Source of the DNA: the human T2T-CHM13v2.0 reference genome, Homo sapiens
Strand: one strand, 5' to 3'
Length of the DNA: 64,000 nt
Assembly (NCBI RefSeq): GCF_009914755.1
Contig: NC_060942.1
The position numbers were made by a program, and so were the translations under genes. The notes under the pieces are model-generated. The model was not told the origin of the DNA. It ran no database searches and saw nothing but the letters and a program-made list of their open reading frames with translations. This document shows, piece after piece, positions 12,401 through 26,600 of this stretch (positions are counted from its first letter, which is position 1; every line of letters begins with the position of its first letter).

Positions 12401-15400
12401 GTTCTGAGAAACTGCTTTCTGATGTTTGCATTCAAGTCAAAAGTTGAACACTCCCTTTCATAGAGCAGTCTTGAAACACCCCTTTTGTAGTATCTGGAAC
12501 TGGACTTTTGGAGCGATTTCAGGGCTAAGGTGAAAAAGGAAATATCTTCCCATAAAAACTGGACAGAAGCATTCTCAGAAACTTGGTTATGCTGTATCTA
12601 CTCAACTAACAAAGTTGAACCTTTCTTTTGATAGAGCAGTTTTGAAATGGTCTTTTTGTGGAATCTGCAAGTGGATATTTGGCTAGTTTTGAGGATTTCG
12701 TTGGAAGCGGGAATTCATACAAATTGCAGACTGCAGCGTTCTGAGAAACATCTTTGTGATGTTTGTATTCAGGACACAGAGTTGAACATTCCCTATCATA
12801 GAGCAGGTTGGAATCACTCCTTTTGTAGTATCTGGAAGTGGACATTTGGAGCGCTTTCAGGCCTATTTTGGAAAGGGAAATATCTTCCCGTAACAACTAT
12901 GCAGAAGCATTCTCAGAAACTTGTTTGTGATGTGTGCCCTCTACTGACAGAGTTGAACCTTTCTTTTCATAGAGCAGTTTTGAAACACTCTTTTTGTAGA
13001 ATCTGCAAGAGGATATTTGCATAGCTTTGAGGATTTCGTGGGAAACGGGATTGTCTTCAGGTAAAATCTAGACAGAAGCATTCTCAGAAACTTCTTTGGG
13101 ATGTTTGCATTCAAGTCACAGAGTAGAACATTCCCTTTGGTAGAGCAGGTTTGAAACACTCTTTTTGTAGTATCTGGAAGTGGACATTTGGAGCGCTTTC
13201 AGGCCCATGTTGGAAAGGGAAATATCTTCCCGTAACAACTAGGCAGAAGCATTCTCAGAAACTTATTTGAGATGTGTGTACTCAACTAAGAGAATTGAAC
13301 CACCGTTTTGAAGGAGCAGTTTTGAAACACTCTTTTTCTGGAATCTGCAAGAGTATATTTGCCTAGCCTTGAGGATTTCGTTGGAAACGGGATTGTCTTC
13401 AGAGAAAATCTAGACAGAAGCATTCTCAGAAACTTCTTTGGGATGTTTGCATTCAAGTCACAGAGTAGAACATTCCCTTTGGTAGAGCAGGTTTGAAACA
13501 CTCTTTTTTTAGTATATGGAAGTGGACATTTGGATCGCTTTCAGGCCTACGTTGGAAAAGGAAATATCTTCCCATAACAACTAGACAGAAGCATTCTCAG
13601 AAACTAGTTTCTGATGTGTGTCCTCAACTAACACAGTTGAACATTTCTTTAGACAGAACAGTTTTGAAACACTCTTTTTGTGGAATCTGCAAGTGGCTAT
13701 TTGGCTAGATTTGAGGATTTCGTTGGAAACGGGATTACATATAAAAAGCAGTCAGCAGCATTCTCAGAAAGTTCTTTGTGATGATTGCATTCAAGTCACA
13801 GAATTGAACATTCCCTTTCACAGAGCAGGTTTGAAACACTCTTTTTGTAGTGTGTGTAAGTGGACATTTGGAGCACTTACCGGCCTAAGGTGAAAAAGGA
13901 AATATCTTCCCATAAAAACTAGACAGAAGCATTCTCAGAAACTTACTCGTGATGTGTGTCCTCAACTAAAGGAGTAGAACCTTTCTTTTCATAGAGAAGT
14001 TTTGAAACGCTCTTTTTGTGGAATCTGCAAGTGGATATTTGGCTAGTTTTGAGGATTTCGTTGGAAGCGGGAATTCATACAAATTGCAGACTGCAGCGTT
14101 CTGAGAAACATCTTTGTGATGTTTGTATTCAGGACACAGAGTTGAACATTCCCTATCATAGAGCAGGTTTGAATCACTCCTTTTGTAGTATCTGGAAGTG
14201 GACATTTGGAGCGCTTTCAGGCCTATGTTGGAAAAGGAAATATCTTCCCATAACAACTAGACAGAAGCATTCTCAGAAACTTATTTGAGATGTGTGTACT
14301 CAACTAAGAGAATTGAACCACCGTTTTGAAGGAGCAGTTTTGAAACACTCTTTTTCTGGAATCTGCAAGTGGATATTTGGCTAGCTTTGGGGATTTCGCT
14401 GGAAGCGGGAATACATATAAAAAGCACACAGCAGCGTTCTGAGAAACTGCTTTCTGATGTTTGCATTCAAGTCAAAAGTTGAACACTCCCTTTCATAGAG
14501 CAGTCTTGAAACACCCCTTTTGTAGTATCTGGAACTGGACTTTTGGAGCGATTTCAGGGCTAAGGTGAAAAAGGAAATATCTTCCCATAAAAACTGGACA
14601 GAAGCATTCTCAGAAACTTGTTTATGCTGTATCTACTCAACTAACAAAGTTGAACCTTTCTTTTGATAGAGCAGTTTTGAAATGGTCTTTTTGTGGAATC
14701 TGCAAGTGGATATTTGGCTAGTTTTGAGGATTTCGTTGGAAGCGGGAATTCATACAAATTGCAGACTGCAGCGTTCTGAGAAACATCTTTGTGATGTTTG
14801 TATTCAGGACACAGAGTTGAACATTCCCTATCATAGAGCAGGTTGGAATCACTCCTTTTGTAGTATCTGGAAGTGGACATTTGGAGCGCTTTCAGGCCTA
14901 TTTTGGAAAGGGAAATATCTTCCCGTAACAACTATGCAGAAGCATTCTCAGAAACTTGTTTGTGATGTGTGCCCTCTACTGACAGAGTTGAACCTTTCTT
15001 TTCATAGAGCAGTTTTGAAACACTCTTTTTGTAGAATCTGCAAGAGGATATTTGCATAGCTTTGAGGATTTCGTGGGAAACGGGATTGTCTTCAGGTAAA
15101 ATCTAGACAGAAGCATTCTCAGAAACTTCTTTGGGATGTTTGCATTCAAGTCACAGAGTAGAACATTCCCTTTGGTAGAGCAGGTTTGAAACACTCTTTT
15201 TGTAGTATCTGGAAGTGGACATTTGGAGCGCTTTCAGGCCCATGTTGGAAAGGGAAATATCTTCCCGTAACAACTAGGCAGAAGCATTCTCAGAAACTTA
15301 TTTGAGATGTGTGTACTCAACTAAGAGAATTGAACCACCGTTTTGAAGGAGCAGTTTTGAAACACTCTTTTTCTGGAATCTGCAAGAGTATATTTGCCTA

Positions 15401-18400
15401 GCCTTGAGGATTTCGTTGGAAACGGGATTGTCTTCAGAGAAAATCTAGACAGAAGTATTCTCAGAAACTTCTTTGGGATGTTTGCATTCAAGTCACAGAG
15501 TAGAACATTCCCTTTGGTAGAGCAGGTTTGAAACACTCTTTTTGTAGTATCTGGAAGTGGACATTTGGAGCGCTTTCAGGCCTACGTTGGAAAAGGAAAT
15601 ATCTTCCCATAACAACTAGACAGAAGCATTCTCAGAAACTAGTTTCTGATGTGTGTCCTCAACTAACACAGTTGAACATTTCTTTAGACAGAACAGTTTT
15701 GAAACACTCTTTTTGTGGAATCTGCAAGTGGCTATTTGGCTAGATTTGAGGATTTCGTTGGAAACGGGATTACATATAAAAAGCAGTCAGCAGCATTCTC
15801 AGAAAGTTCTTTGTGATGATTGCATTCAAGTCACAGAATTGAACATTCCCTTTCACAGAGCAGGTTTGAAACACTCTTTTTGTAGTGTGTGTAAGTGGAC
15901 ATTTGGAGCACTTACCGGCCTAAGGTGAAAAAGAAAATATCTTCCCATAAAAACTAGACAGAAGCATTCTCAGAAACTTACTCGTGATGTGTGTCCTCAA
16001 CTAAAGGAGTAGAACCTTTCTTTTCATAGAGAAGTTTTGAAACGCTCTTTTTGTGGAATCTGCAAGTGGATATTTGGCTAGTTTTGAGGATTTCGTTGGA
16101 AGCGGGAATTCATACAAATTGCAGACTGCAGCGTTCTGAGAAACATCTTTGTGATGTTTGTATTCAGGACACAGAGTTGAACATTCCCTATCATAGAGCA
16201 GGTTGGAATCACTCCTTTTGTAGTATCTGGAAGTGGACATTTGGAGCGCTTTCAGGCCTATGTTGGAAAAGGAAATATCTTCCCATAACAACTAGACAGA
16301 AGCATTCTCAGAAACTTATTTGAGATGTGTGTACTCAACTAAGAGAATTGAACCACCGTTTTGAAGGAGCAGTTTTGAAACTCTCTTTTTCTGGAATCTG
16401 CAAGTGGATATTTGGCTAGCTTTGGGGATTTCGCTGGAAGCGGGAATACATATAAAAAGCACACAGCAGCGTTCTGAGAAACTGCTTTCTGATGTTTGCA
16501 TTCAAGTCAAAAGTTGAACACTCCCTTTCATAGAGCAGTCTTGAAACACCCCTTTTGTAGTATCTGGAACTGGACTTTTGGAGCGATTTCAGGGCTAAGG
16601 TGAAAAAGGAAATATCTTCCCATAAAAACTGGACAGAAGCATTCTCAGAAACTTGGTTATGCTGTATCTACTCAACTAACAAAGTTGAACCTTTCTTTTG
16701 ATAGAGCAGTTTTGAAATGGTCTTTTTGTGGAATCTGCAAGTGGATATTTGGCTAGTTTTGAGGATTTCGTTGGAAGCGGGAATTCATACAAATTGCAGA
16801 CTGCAGCGTTCTGAGAAACATCTTTGTGATGTTTGTATTCAGGACACAGAGTTGAACATTCCCTATCATAGAGCAGGTTGGAATCACTCCTTTTGTAGTA
16901 TCTGGAAGTGGACATTTGGAGCGCTTTCAGGCCTATTTTGGAAAGGGAAATATCTTCCCGTAACAACTATGCAGAAGCATTCTCAGAAACTTGTTTGTGA
17001 TGTGTGCCCTCTACTGACAGAGTTGAACCTTTCTTTTCATAGAGCAGTTTTGAAACACTCTTTTTGTAGAATCTGCAAGAGGATATTTGCATAGCTTTGA
17101 GGATTTCGTGGGAAACGGGATTGTCTTCAGGTAAAATCTAGACAGAAGCATTCTCAGAAACTTCTTTGGGATGTTTGCATTCAAGTCACAGAGTAGAACA
17201 TTCCCTTTGGTAGAGCAGGTTTGAAACACTCTTTTTGTAGTATCTGGAAGTGGACATTTGGAGCGCTTTCAGGCCCATGTTGGAAAGGGAAATATCTTCC
17301 CGTAACAACTAGGCAGAAGCATTCTCAGAAACTTATTTGAGATGTGTGTACTCAACTAAGAGAATTGAACCACCGTTTTGAAGGAGCAGTTTTGAAACAC
17401 TCTTTTTCTGGAATCTGCAAGAGTATATTTGCCTAGCCTTGAGGATTTCGTTGGAAACGGGATTGTCTTCAGAGAAAATCTAGACAGAAGCATTCTCAGA
17501 AACTTCTTTGGGATGTTTGCATTCAAGTCACAGAGTAGAACATTCCCTTTGGTAGAGCAGGTTTGAAACACTCTTTTTTTAGTATATGGAAGTGGACATT
17601 TGGATCGCTTTCAGGCCTACGTTGGAAAAGGAAATATCTTCCCATAACAACTAGACAGAAGCATTCTCAGAAACTAGTTTCTGATGTGTGTCCTCAACTA
17701 ACACAGTTGAACATTTCTTTAGACAGAACAGTTTTGAAACACTCTTTTTGTGGAATCTGCAAGTGGCTATTTGGCTAGATTTGAGGATTTCGTTGGAAAC
17801 GGGATTACATATAAAAAGCAGTCAGCAGCATTCTCAGAAAGTTCTTTGTGATGATTGCATTCAAGTCACAGAATTGAACATTCCCTTTCACAGAGCAGGT
17901 TTGAAACACTCTTTTTGTAGTGTGTGTAAGTGGACATTTGGAGCACTTACCGGCCTAAGGTGAAAAAGGAAATATCTTCCCATAAAAACTAGACAGAAGC
18001 ATTCTCAGAAACTTACTCGTGATGTGTGTCCTCAACTAAAGGAGTAGAACCTTTCTTTTCATAGAGAAGTTTTGAAACGCTCTTTTTGTGGAATCTGCAA
18101 GTGGATATTTGGCTAGTTTTGAGGATTTCGTTGGAAGCGGGAATTCATACAAATTGCAGACTGCAGCGTTCTGAGAAACATCTTTGTGATGTTTGTATTC
18201 AGGACACAGAGTTGAACATTCCCTATCATAGAGCAGGTTTGAATCACTCCTTTTGTAGTATCTGGAAGTGGACATTTGGAGCGCTTTCAGGCCTATGTTG
18301 GAAAAGGAAATATCTTCCCATAACAACTAGACAGAAGCATTCTCAGAAACTTATTTGAGATGTGTGTACTCAACTAAGAGAATTGAACCACCGTTTTGAA

Positions 18401-20916
18401 GGAGCAGTTTTGAAACACTCTTTTTCTGGAATCTGCAAGTGGATATTTGGCTAGCTTTGGGGATTTCGCTGGAAGCGGGAATACATATAAAAAGCACACA
18501 GCAGCGTTCTGAGAAACTGCTTTCTGATGTTTGCATTCAAGTCAAAAGTTGAACACTCCCTTTCATAGAGCAGTCTTGAAACACCCCTTTTGTAGTATCT
18601 GGAACTGGACTTTTGGAGCGATTTCAGGGCTAAGGTGAAAAAGGAAATATCTTCCCATAAAAACTGGACAGAAGCATTCTCAGAAACTTGTTTATGCTGT
18701 ATCTACTCAACTAACAAAGTTGAACCTTTCTTTTGATAGAGCAGTTTTGAAATGGTCTTTTTGTGGAATCTGCAAGTGGATATTTGGCTAGTTTTGAGGA
18801 TTTCGTTGGAAGCGGGAATTCATACAAATTGCAGACTGCAGCGTTCTGAGAAACATCTTTGTGATGTTTGTATTCAGGACACAGAGTTGAACATTCCCTA
18901 TCATAGAGCAGGTTGGAATCACTCCTTTTGTAGTATCTGGAAGTGGACATTTGGAGCGCTTTCAGGCCTATTTTGGAAAGGGAAATATCTTCCCGTAACA
19001 ACTATGCAGAAGCATTCTCAGAAACTTGTTTGTGATGTGTGCCCTCTACTGACAGAGTTGAACCTTTCTTTTCATAGAGCAGTTTTGAAACACTCTTTTT
19101 GTAGAATCTGCAAGAGGATATTTGCATAGCTTTGAGGATTTCGTGGGAAACGGGATTGTCTTCAGGTAAAATCTAGACAGAAGCATTCTCAGAAACTTCT
19201 TTGGGATGTTTGCATTCAAGTCACAGAGTAGAACATTCCCTTTGGTAGAGCAGGTTTGAAACACTCTTTTTGTAGTATCTGGAAGTGGACATTTGGAGCG
19301 CTTTCAGGCCCATGTTGGAAAGGGAAATATCTTCCCGTAACAACTAGGCAGAAGCATTCTCAGAAACTTATTTGAGATGTGTGTACTCAACTAAGAGAAT
19401 TGAACCACCGTTTTGAAGGAGCAGTTTTGAAACACTCTTTTTCTGGAATCTGCAAGAGTATATTTGCCTAGCCTTGAGGATTTCGTTGGAAACGGGATTG
19501 TCTTCAGAGAAAATCTAGACAGAAGTATTCTCAGAAACTTCTTTGGGATGTTTGCATTCAAGTCACAGAGTAGAACATTCCCTTTGGTAGAGCAGGTTTG
19601 AAACACTCTTTTTGTAGTATCTGGAAGTGGACATTTGGAGCGCTTTCAGGCCTACGTTGGAAAAGGAAATATCTTCCCATAACAACTAGACAGAAGCATT
19701 CTCAGAAACTAGTTTCTGATGTGTGTCCTCAACTAACACAGTTGAACATTTCTTTAGACAGAACAGTTTTGAAACACTCTTTTTGTGGAATCTGCAAGTG
19801 GCTATTTGGCTAGATTTGAGGATTTCGTTGGAAACGGGATTACATATAAAAAGCAGTCAGCAGCATTCTCAGAAAGTTCTTTGTGATGATTGCATTCAAG
19901 TCACAGAATTGAACATTCCCTTTCACAGAGCAGGTTTGAAACACTCTTTTTGTAGTGTGTGTAAGTGGACATTTGGAGCACTTACCGGCCTAAGGTGAAA
20001 AAGAAAATATCTTCCCATAAAAACTAGACAGAAGCATTCTCAGAAACTTACTCGTGATGTGTGTCCTCAACTAAAGGAGTAGAACCTTTCTTTTCATAGA
20101 GAAGTTTTGAAACGCTCTTTTTGTGGAATCTGCAAGTGGATATTTGGCTAGTTTTGAGGATTTCGTTGGAAGCGGGAATTCATACAAATTGCAGACTGCA
20201 GCGTTCTGAGAAACATCTTTGTGATGTTTGTATTCAGGACACAGAGTTGAACATTCCCTATCATAGAGCAGGTTGGAATCACTCCTTTTGTAGTATCTGG
20301 AAGTGGACATTTGGAGCGCTTTCAGGCCTATGTTGGAAAAGGAAATATCTTCCCATAACAACTAGACAGAAGCATTCTCAGAAACTTATTTGAGATGTGT
20401 GTACTCAACTAAGAGAATTGAACCACCGTTTTGAAGGAGCAGTTTTGAAACTCTCTTTTTCTGGAATCTGCAAGTGGATATTTGGCTAGCTTTGGGGATT
20501 TCGCTGGAAGCGGGAATACATATAAAAAGCACACAGCAGCGTTCTGAGAAACTGCTTTCTGATGTTTGCATTCAAGTCAAAAGTTGAACACTCCCTTTCA
20601 TAGAGCAGTCTTGAAACACCCCTTTTGTAGTATCTGGAACTGGACTTTTGGAGCGATTTCAGGGCTAAGGTGAAAAAGGAAATATCTTCCCATAAAAACT
20701 GGACAGAAGCATTCTCAGAAACTTGGTTATGCTGTATCTACTCAACTAACAAAGTTGAACCTTTCTTTTGATAGAGCAGTTTTGAAATGGTCTTTTTGTG
20801 GAATCTGCAAGTGGATATTTGGCTAGTTTTGAGGATTTCGTTGGAAGCGGGAATTCATACAAATTGCAGACTGCAGCGTTCTGAGAAACATCTTTGTGAT
20901 GTTTGTATTCAGGACA
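9466..20916 (+). repeat. 4070-bp (two-HOR, 24-mer) tandem super-repeat, about 2.8 units
   Basis: HOR6 = HOR8 = HOR10 and HOR7 = HOR9 at all variant sites scored. Markers recur at 4070-bp spacing: A at 10277/14347/18417, T at 11386/15456/19526, A at 11864/15934/20004. Confidence 0.9.
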
Positions 20917-23691
20917 GAGAGTTGAACATTCCCTATCATAGAGCAGGTTGGAATCACTCCTTTTGTAGTATCTGGAAGTGGACATTTGGAGCGCTTTCAG
21001 GCCTATTTTGGAAAGGGAAATATCTTCCCGTAACAACTATGCAGAAGCATTCTCAGAAACTTGTTTGTGATGTGTGCCCTCTACTGACAGAGTTGAACCT
21101 TTCTTTTCATAGAGCAGTTTTGAAACACTCTTTTTGTAGAATCTGCAAGAGGATATTTGCATAGCTTTGAGGATTTCGTGGGAAACGGGATTGTCTTCAG
21201 GTAAAATCTAGACAGAAGCATTCTCAGAAACTTCTTTGGGATGTTTGCATTCAAGTCACAGAGTAGAACATTCCCTTTGGTAGAGCAGGTTTGAAACACT
21301 CTTTTTGTAGTATCTGGAAGTGGACATTTGGAGCGCTTTCAGGCCCATGTTGGAAAGGGAAATATCTTCCCGTAACAACTAGGCAGAAGCATTCTCAGAA
21401 ACTTATTTGAGATGTGTGTACTCAACTAAGAGAATTGAACCACCGTTTTGAAGGAGCAGTTTTGAAACACTCTTTTTCTGGAATCTGCAAGAGTATATTT
21501 GCCTAGCCTTGAGGATTTCGTTGGAAACGGGATTGTCTTCAGAGAAAATCTAGACAGAAGCATTCTCAGAAACTTCTTTGGGATGTTTGCATTCAAGTCA
21601 CAGAGTAGAACATTCCCTTTGGTAGAGCAGGTTTGAAACACTCTTTTTTTAGTATATGGAAGTGGACATTTGGATCGCTTTCAGGCCTACGTTGGAAAAG
21701 GAAATATCTTCCCATAACAACTAGACAGAAGCATTCTCAGAAACTAGTTTCTGATGTGTGTCCTCAACTAACACAGTTGAACATTTCTTTAGACAGAACA
21801 GTTTTGAAACACTCTTTTTGTGGAATCTGCAAGTGGCTATTTGGCTAGATTTGAGGATTTCGTTGGAAACGGGATTACATATAAAAAGCAGTCAGCAGCA
21901 TTCTCAGAAAGTTCTTTGTGATGATTGCATTCAAGTCACAGAATTGAACATTCCCTTTCACAGAGCAGGTTTGAAACACTCTTTTTGTAGTGTGTGTAAG
22001 TGGACATTTGGAGCACTTACCGGCCTAAGGTGAAAAAGGAAATATCTTCCCATAAAAACTAGACAGAAGCATTCTCAGAAACTTACTCGTGATGTGTGTC
22101 CTCAACTAAAGGAGTAGAACCTTTCTTTTCATAGAGAAGTTTTGAAACGCTCTTTTTGTGGAATCTGCAAGTGGATATTTGGCTAGTTTTGAGGATTTCG
22201 TTGGAAGCGGGAATTCATACAAATTGCAGACTGCAGCGTTCTGAGAAACATCTTTGTGATGTTTGTATTCAGGACACAGAGTTGAACATTCCCTATCATA
22301 GAGCAGGTTTGAATCACTCCTTTTGTAGTATCTGGAAGTGGACATTTGGAGCGCTTTCAGGCCTATGTTGGAAAAGGAAATATCTTCCCATAACAACTAG
22401 ACAGAAGCATTCTCAGAAACTTATTTGAGATGTGTGTACTCAACTAAGAGAATTGAACCACCGTTTTGAAGGAGCAGTTTTGAAACTCTCTTTTTCTGGA
22501 ATCTGCAAGTGGATATTTGGCTAGCTTTGGGGATTTCGCTGGAAGCGGGAATACATATAAAAAGCACACAGCAGCGTTCTGAGAAACTGCTTTCTGATGT
22601 TTGCATTCAAGTCAAAAGTTGAACACTCCCTTTCATAGAGCAGTCTTGAAACACCCCTTTTGTAGTATCTGGAACTGGACTTTTGGAGCGATTTCAGGGC
22701 TAAGGTGAAAAAGGAAATATCTTCCCATAAAAACTGGACAGAAGCATTCTCAGAAACTTGGTTATGCTGTATCTACTCAACTAACAAAGTTGAACCTTTC
22801 TTTTGATAGAGCAGTTTTGAAATGGTCTTTTTGTGGAATCTGCAAGTGGATATTTGGCTAGTTTTGAGGATTTCGTTGGAAGCGGGAATTCATACAAATT
22901 GCAGACTGCAGCGTTCTGAGAAACATCTTTGTGATGTTTGTATTCAGGACACAGAGTTGAACATTCCCTATCATAGAGCAGGTTGGAATCACTCCTTTTG
23001 TAGTATCTGGAAGTGGACATTTGGAGCGCTTTCAGGCCTATTTTGGAAAGGGAAATATCTTCCCGTAACAACTATGCAGAAGCATTCTCAGAAACTTGTT
23101 TGTGATGTGTGCCCTCTACTGACAGAGTTGAACCTTTCTTTTCATAGAGCAGTTTTGAAACACTCTTTTTGTAGAATCTGCAAGAGGATATTTGCATAGC
23201 TTTGAGGATTTCGTGGGAAACGGGATTGTCTTCAGGTAAAATCTAGACAGAAGCATTCTCAGAAACTTCTTTGGGATGTTTGCATTCAAGTCACAGAGTA
23301 GAACATTCCCTTTGGTAGAGCAGGTTTGAAACACTCTTTTTGTAGTATCTGGAAGTGGACATTTGGAGCGCTTTCAGGCCCATGTTGGAAAGGGAAATAT
23401 CTTCCCGTAACAACTAGGCAGAAGCATTCTCAGAAACTTATTTGAGATGTGTGTACTCAACTAAGAGAATTGAACCACCGTTTTGAAGGAGCAGTTTTGA
23501 AACACTCTTTTTCTGGAATCTGCAAGAGTATATTTGCCTAGCCTTGAGGATTTCGTTGGAAACGGGATTGTCTTCAGAGAAAATCTAGACAGAAGTATTC
23601 TCAGAAACTTCTTTGGGATGTTTGCATTCAAGTCACAGAGTAGAACATTCCCTTTGGTAGAGCAGGTTTGAAACACTCTTTTTGTAGTATC

Positions 23692-26600
23692 TGGAAGTGG
23701 ACATTTGGAGCGCTTTCAGGCCTACGTTGGAAAAGGAAATATCTTCCCATAACAACTAGACAGAAGCATTCTCAGAAACTAGTTTCTGATGTGTGTCCTC
23801 AACTAACACAGTTGAACATTTCTTTAGACAGAACAGTTTTGAAACACTCTTTTTGTGGAATCTGCAAGTGGCTATTTGGCTAGATTTGAGGATTTCGTTG
23901 GAAACGGGATTACATATAAAAAGCAGTCAGCAGCATTCTCAGAAAGTTCTTTGTGATGATTGCATTCAAGTCACAGAATTGAACATTCCCTTTCACAGAG
24001 CAGGTTTGAAACACTCTTTTTGTAGTGTGTGTAAGTGGACATTTGGAGCACTTACCGGCCTAAGGTGAAAAAGGAAATATCTTCCCATAAAAACTAGACA
24101 GAAGCATTCTCAGAAACTTACTCGTGATGTGTGTCCTCAACTAAAGGAGTAGAACCTTTCTTTTCATAGAGAAGTTTTGAAACGCTCTTTTTGTGGAATC
24201 TGCAAGTGGATATTTGGCTAGTTTTGAGGATTTCGTTGGAAGCGGGAATTCATACAAATTGCAGACTGCAGCGTTCTGAGAAACATCTTTGTGATGTTTG
24301 TATTCAGGACACAGAGTTGAACATTCCCTATCATAGAGCAGGTTGGAATCACTCCTTTTGTAGTATCTGGAAGTGGACATTTGGAGCGCTTTCAGGCCTA
24401 TGTTGGAAAAGGAAATATCTTCCCATAACAACTAGACAGAAGCATTCTCAGAAACTTATTTGAGATGTGTGTACTCAACTAAGAGAATTGAACCACCGTT
24501 TTGAAGGAGCAGTTTTGAAACTCTCTTTTTCTGGAATCTGCAAGTGGATATTTGGCTAGCTTTGGGGATTTCGCTGGAAGCGGGAATACATATAAAAAGC
24601 ACACAGCAGCGTTCTGAGAAACTGCTTTCTGATGTTTGCATTCAAGTCAAAAGTTGAACACTCCCTTTCATAGAGCAGTCTTGAAACACCCCTTTTGTAG
24701 TATCTGGAACTGGACTTTTGGAGCGATTTCAGGGCTAAGGTGAAAAAGGAAATATCTTCCCATAAAAACTGGACAGAAGCATTCTCAGAAACTTGTTTAT
24801 GCTGTATCTACTCAACTAACAAAGTTGAACCTTTCTTTTGATAGAGCAGTTTTGAAATGGTCTTTTTGTGGAATCTGCAAGTGGATATTTGGCTAGTTTT
24901 GAGGATTTCGTTGGAAGCGGGAATTCATACAAATTGCAGACTGCAGCGTTCTGAGAAACATCTTTGTGATGTTTGTATTCAGGACAGAGAGTTGAACATT
25001 CCCTATCATAGAGCAGGTTGGAATCACTCCTTTTGTAGTATCTGGAAGTGGACATTTGGAGCGCTTTCAGGCCTATTTTGGAAAGGGAAATATCTTCCCG
25101 TAACAACTATGCAGAAGCATTCTCAGAAACTTGTTTGTGATGTGTGCCCTCTACTGACAGAGTTGAACCTTTCTTTTCATAGAGCAGTTTTGAAACACTC
25201 TTTTTGTAGAATCTGCAAGAGGATATTTGCATAGCTTTGAGGATTTCGTGGGAAACGGGATTGTCTTCAGGTAAAATCTAGACAGAAGCATTCTCAGAAA
25301 CTTCTTTGGGATGTTTGCATTCAAGTCACAGAGTAGAACATTCCCTTTGGTAGAGCAGGTTTGAAACACTCTTTTTGTAGTATCTGGAAGTGGACATTTG
25401 GAGCGCTTTCAGGCCCATGTTGGAAAGGGAAATATCTTCCCGTAACAACTAGGCAGAAGCATTCTCAGAAACTTATTTGAGATGTGTGTACTCAACTAAG
25501 AGAATTGAACCACCGTTTTGAAGGAGCAGTTTTGAAACACTCTTTTTCTGGAATCTGCAAGAGTATATTTCCCTAGCCTTGAGGATTTCGTTGGAAACGG
25601 GATTGTCTTCAGAGAAAATCTAGACAGAAGCATTCTCAGAAACTTCTTTGGGATGTTTGCATTCAAGTCACAGAGTAGAACATTCCCTTTGGTAGAGCAG
25701 GTTTGAAACACTCTTTTTTTAGTATATGGAAGTGGACATTTTGATCGCTTTCAGGCCTACGTTGGAAAAGGAAATATCTTCCCATAACAACTAGACAGAA
25801 GCATTCTCAGAAACTAGTTTCTGATGTGTGTCCTCAACTAACACAGTTGAACATTTCTTTAGACAGAACAGTTTTGAAACACTCTTTTTGTGGAATCTGC
25901 AAGTGGCTATTTGGCTAGATTTGAGGATTTCGTTGGAAACGGGATTACATATAAAAAGCAGTCAGCAGCATTCTCAGAAAGTTCTTTGTGATGATTGCAT
26001 TCAAGTCACAGAATTGAACATTCCCTTTCACAGAGCAGGTTTGAAACACTCTTTTTGTAGTGTGTGTAAGTGGACATTTGGAGCACTTACCGGCCTAAGG
26101 TGAAAAAGGAAATATCTTCCCATAAAAACTAGACAGAAGCATTCTCAGAAACTTACTCGTGATGTGTGTCCTCAACTAAAGGAGTAGAACCTTTCTTTTC
26201 ATAGAGAAGTTTTGAAACGCTCTTTTTGTGGAATCTGCAAGTGGATATTTGGCTAGTTTTGAGGATTTCGTTGGAAGCGGGAATTCATACAAATTGCAGA
26301 CTGCAGCGTTCTGAGAAACATCTTTGTGATGTTTGTATTCAGGACACAGAGTTGAACATTCCCTATCATAGAGCAGGTTTGAATCACTCCTTTTGTAGTA
26401 TCTGGAAGTGGACATTTGGAGCGCTTTCAGGCCTATGTTGGAAAAGGAAATATCTTCCCATAACAACTAGACAGAAGCATTCTCAGAAACTTATTTGAGA
26501 TGTGTGTACTCAACTAAGAGAATTGAACCACCGTTTTGAAGGAGCAGTTTTGAAACTCTCTTTTTCTGGAATCTGCAAGTGGATATTTGGCTAGCTTTGG

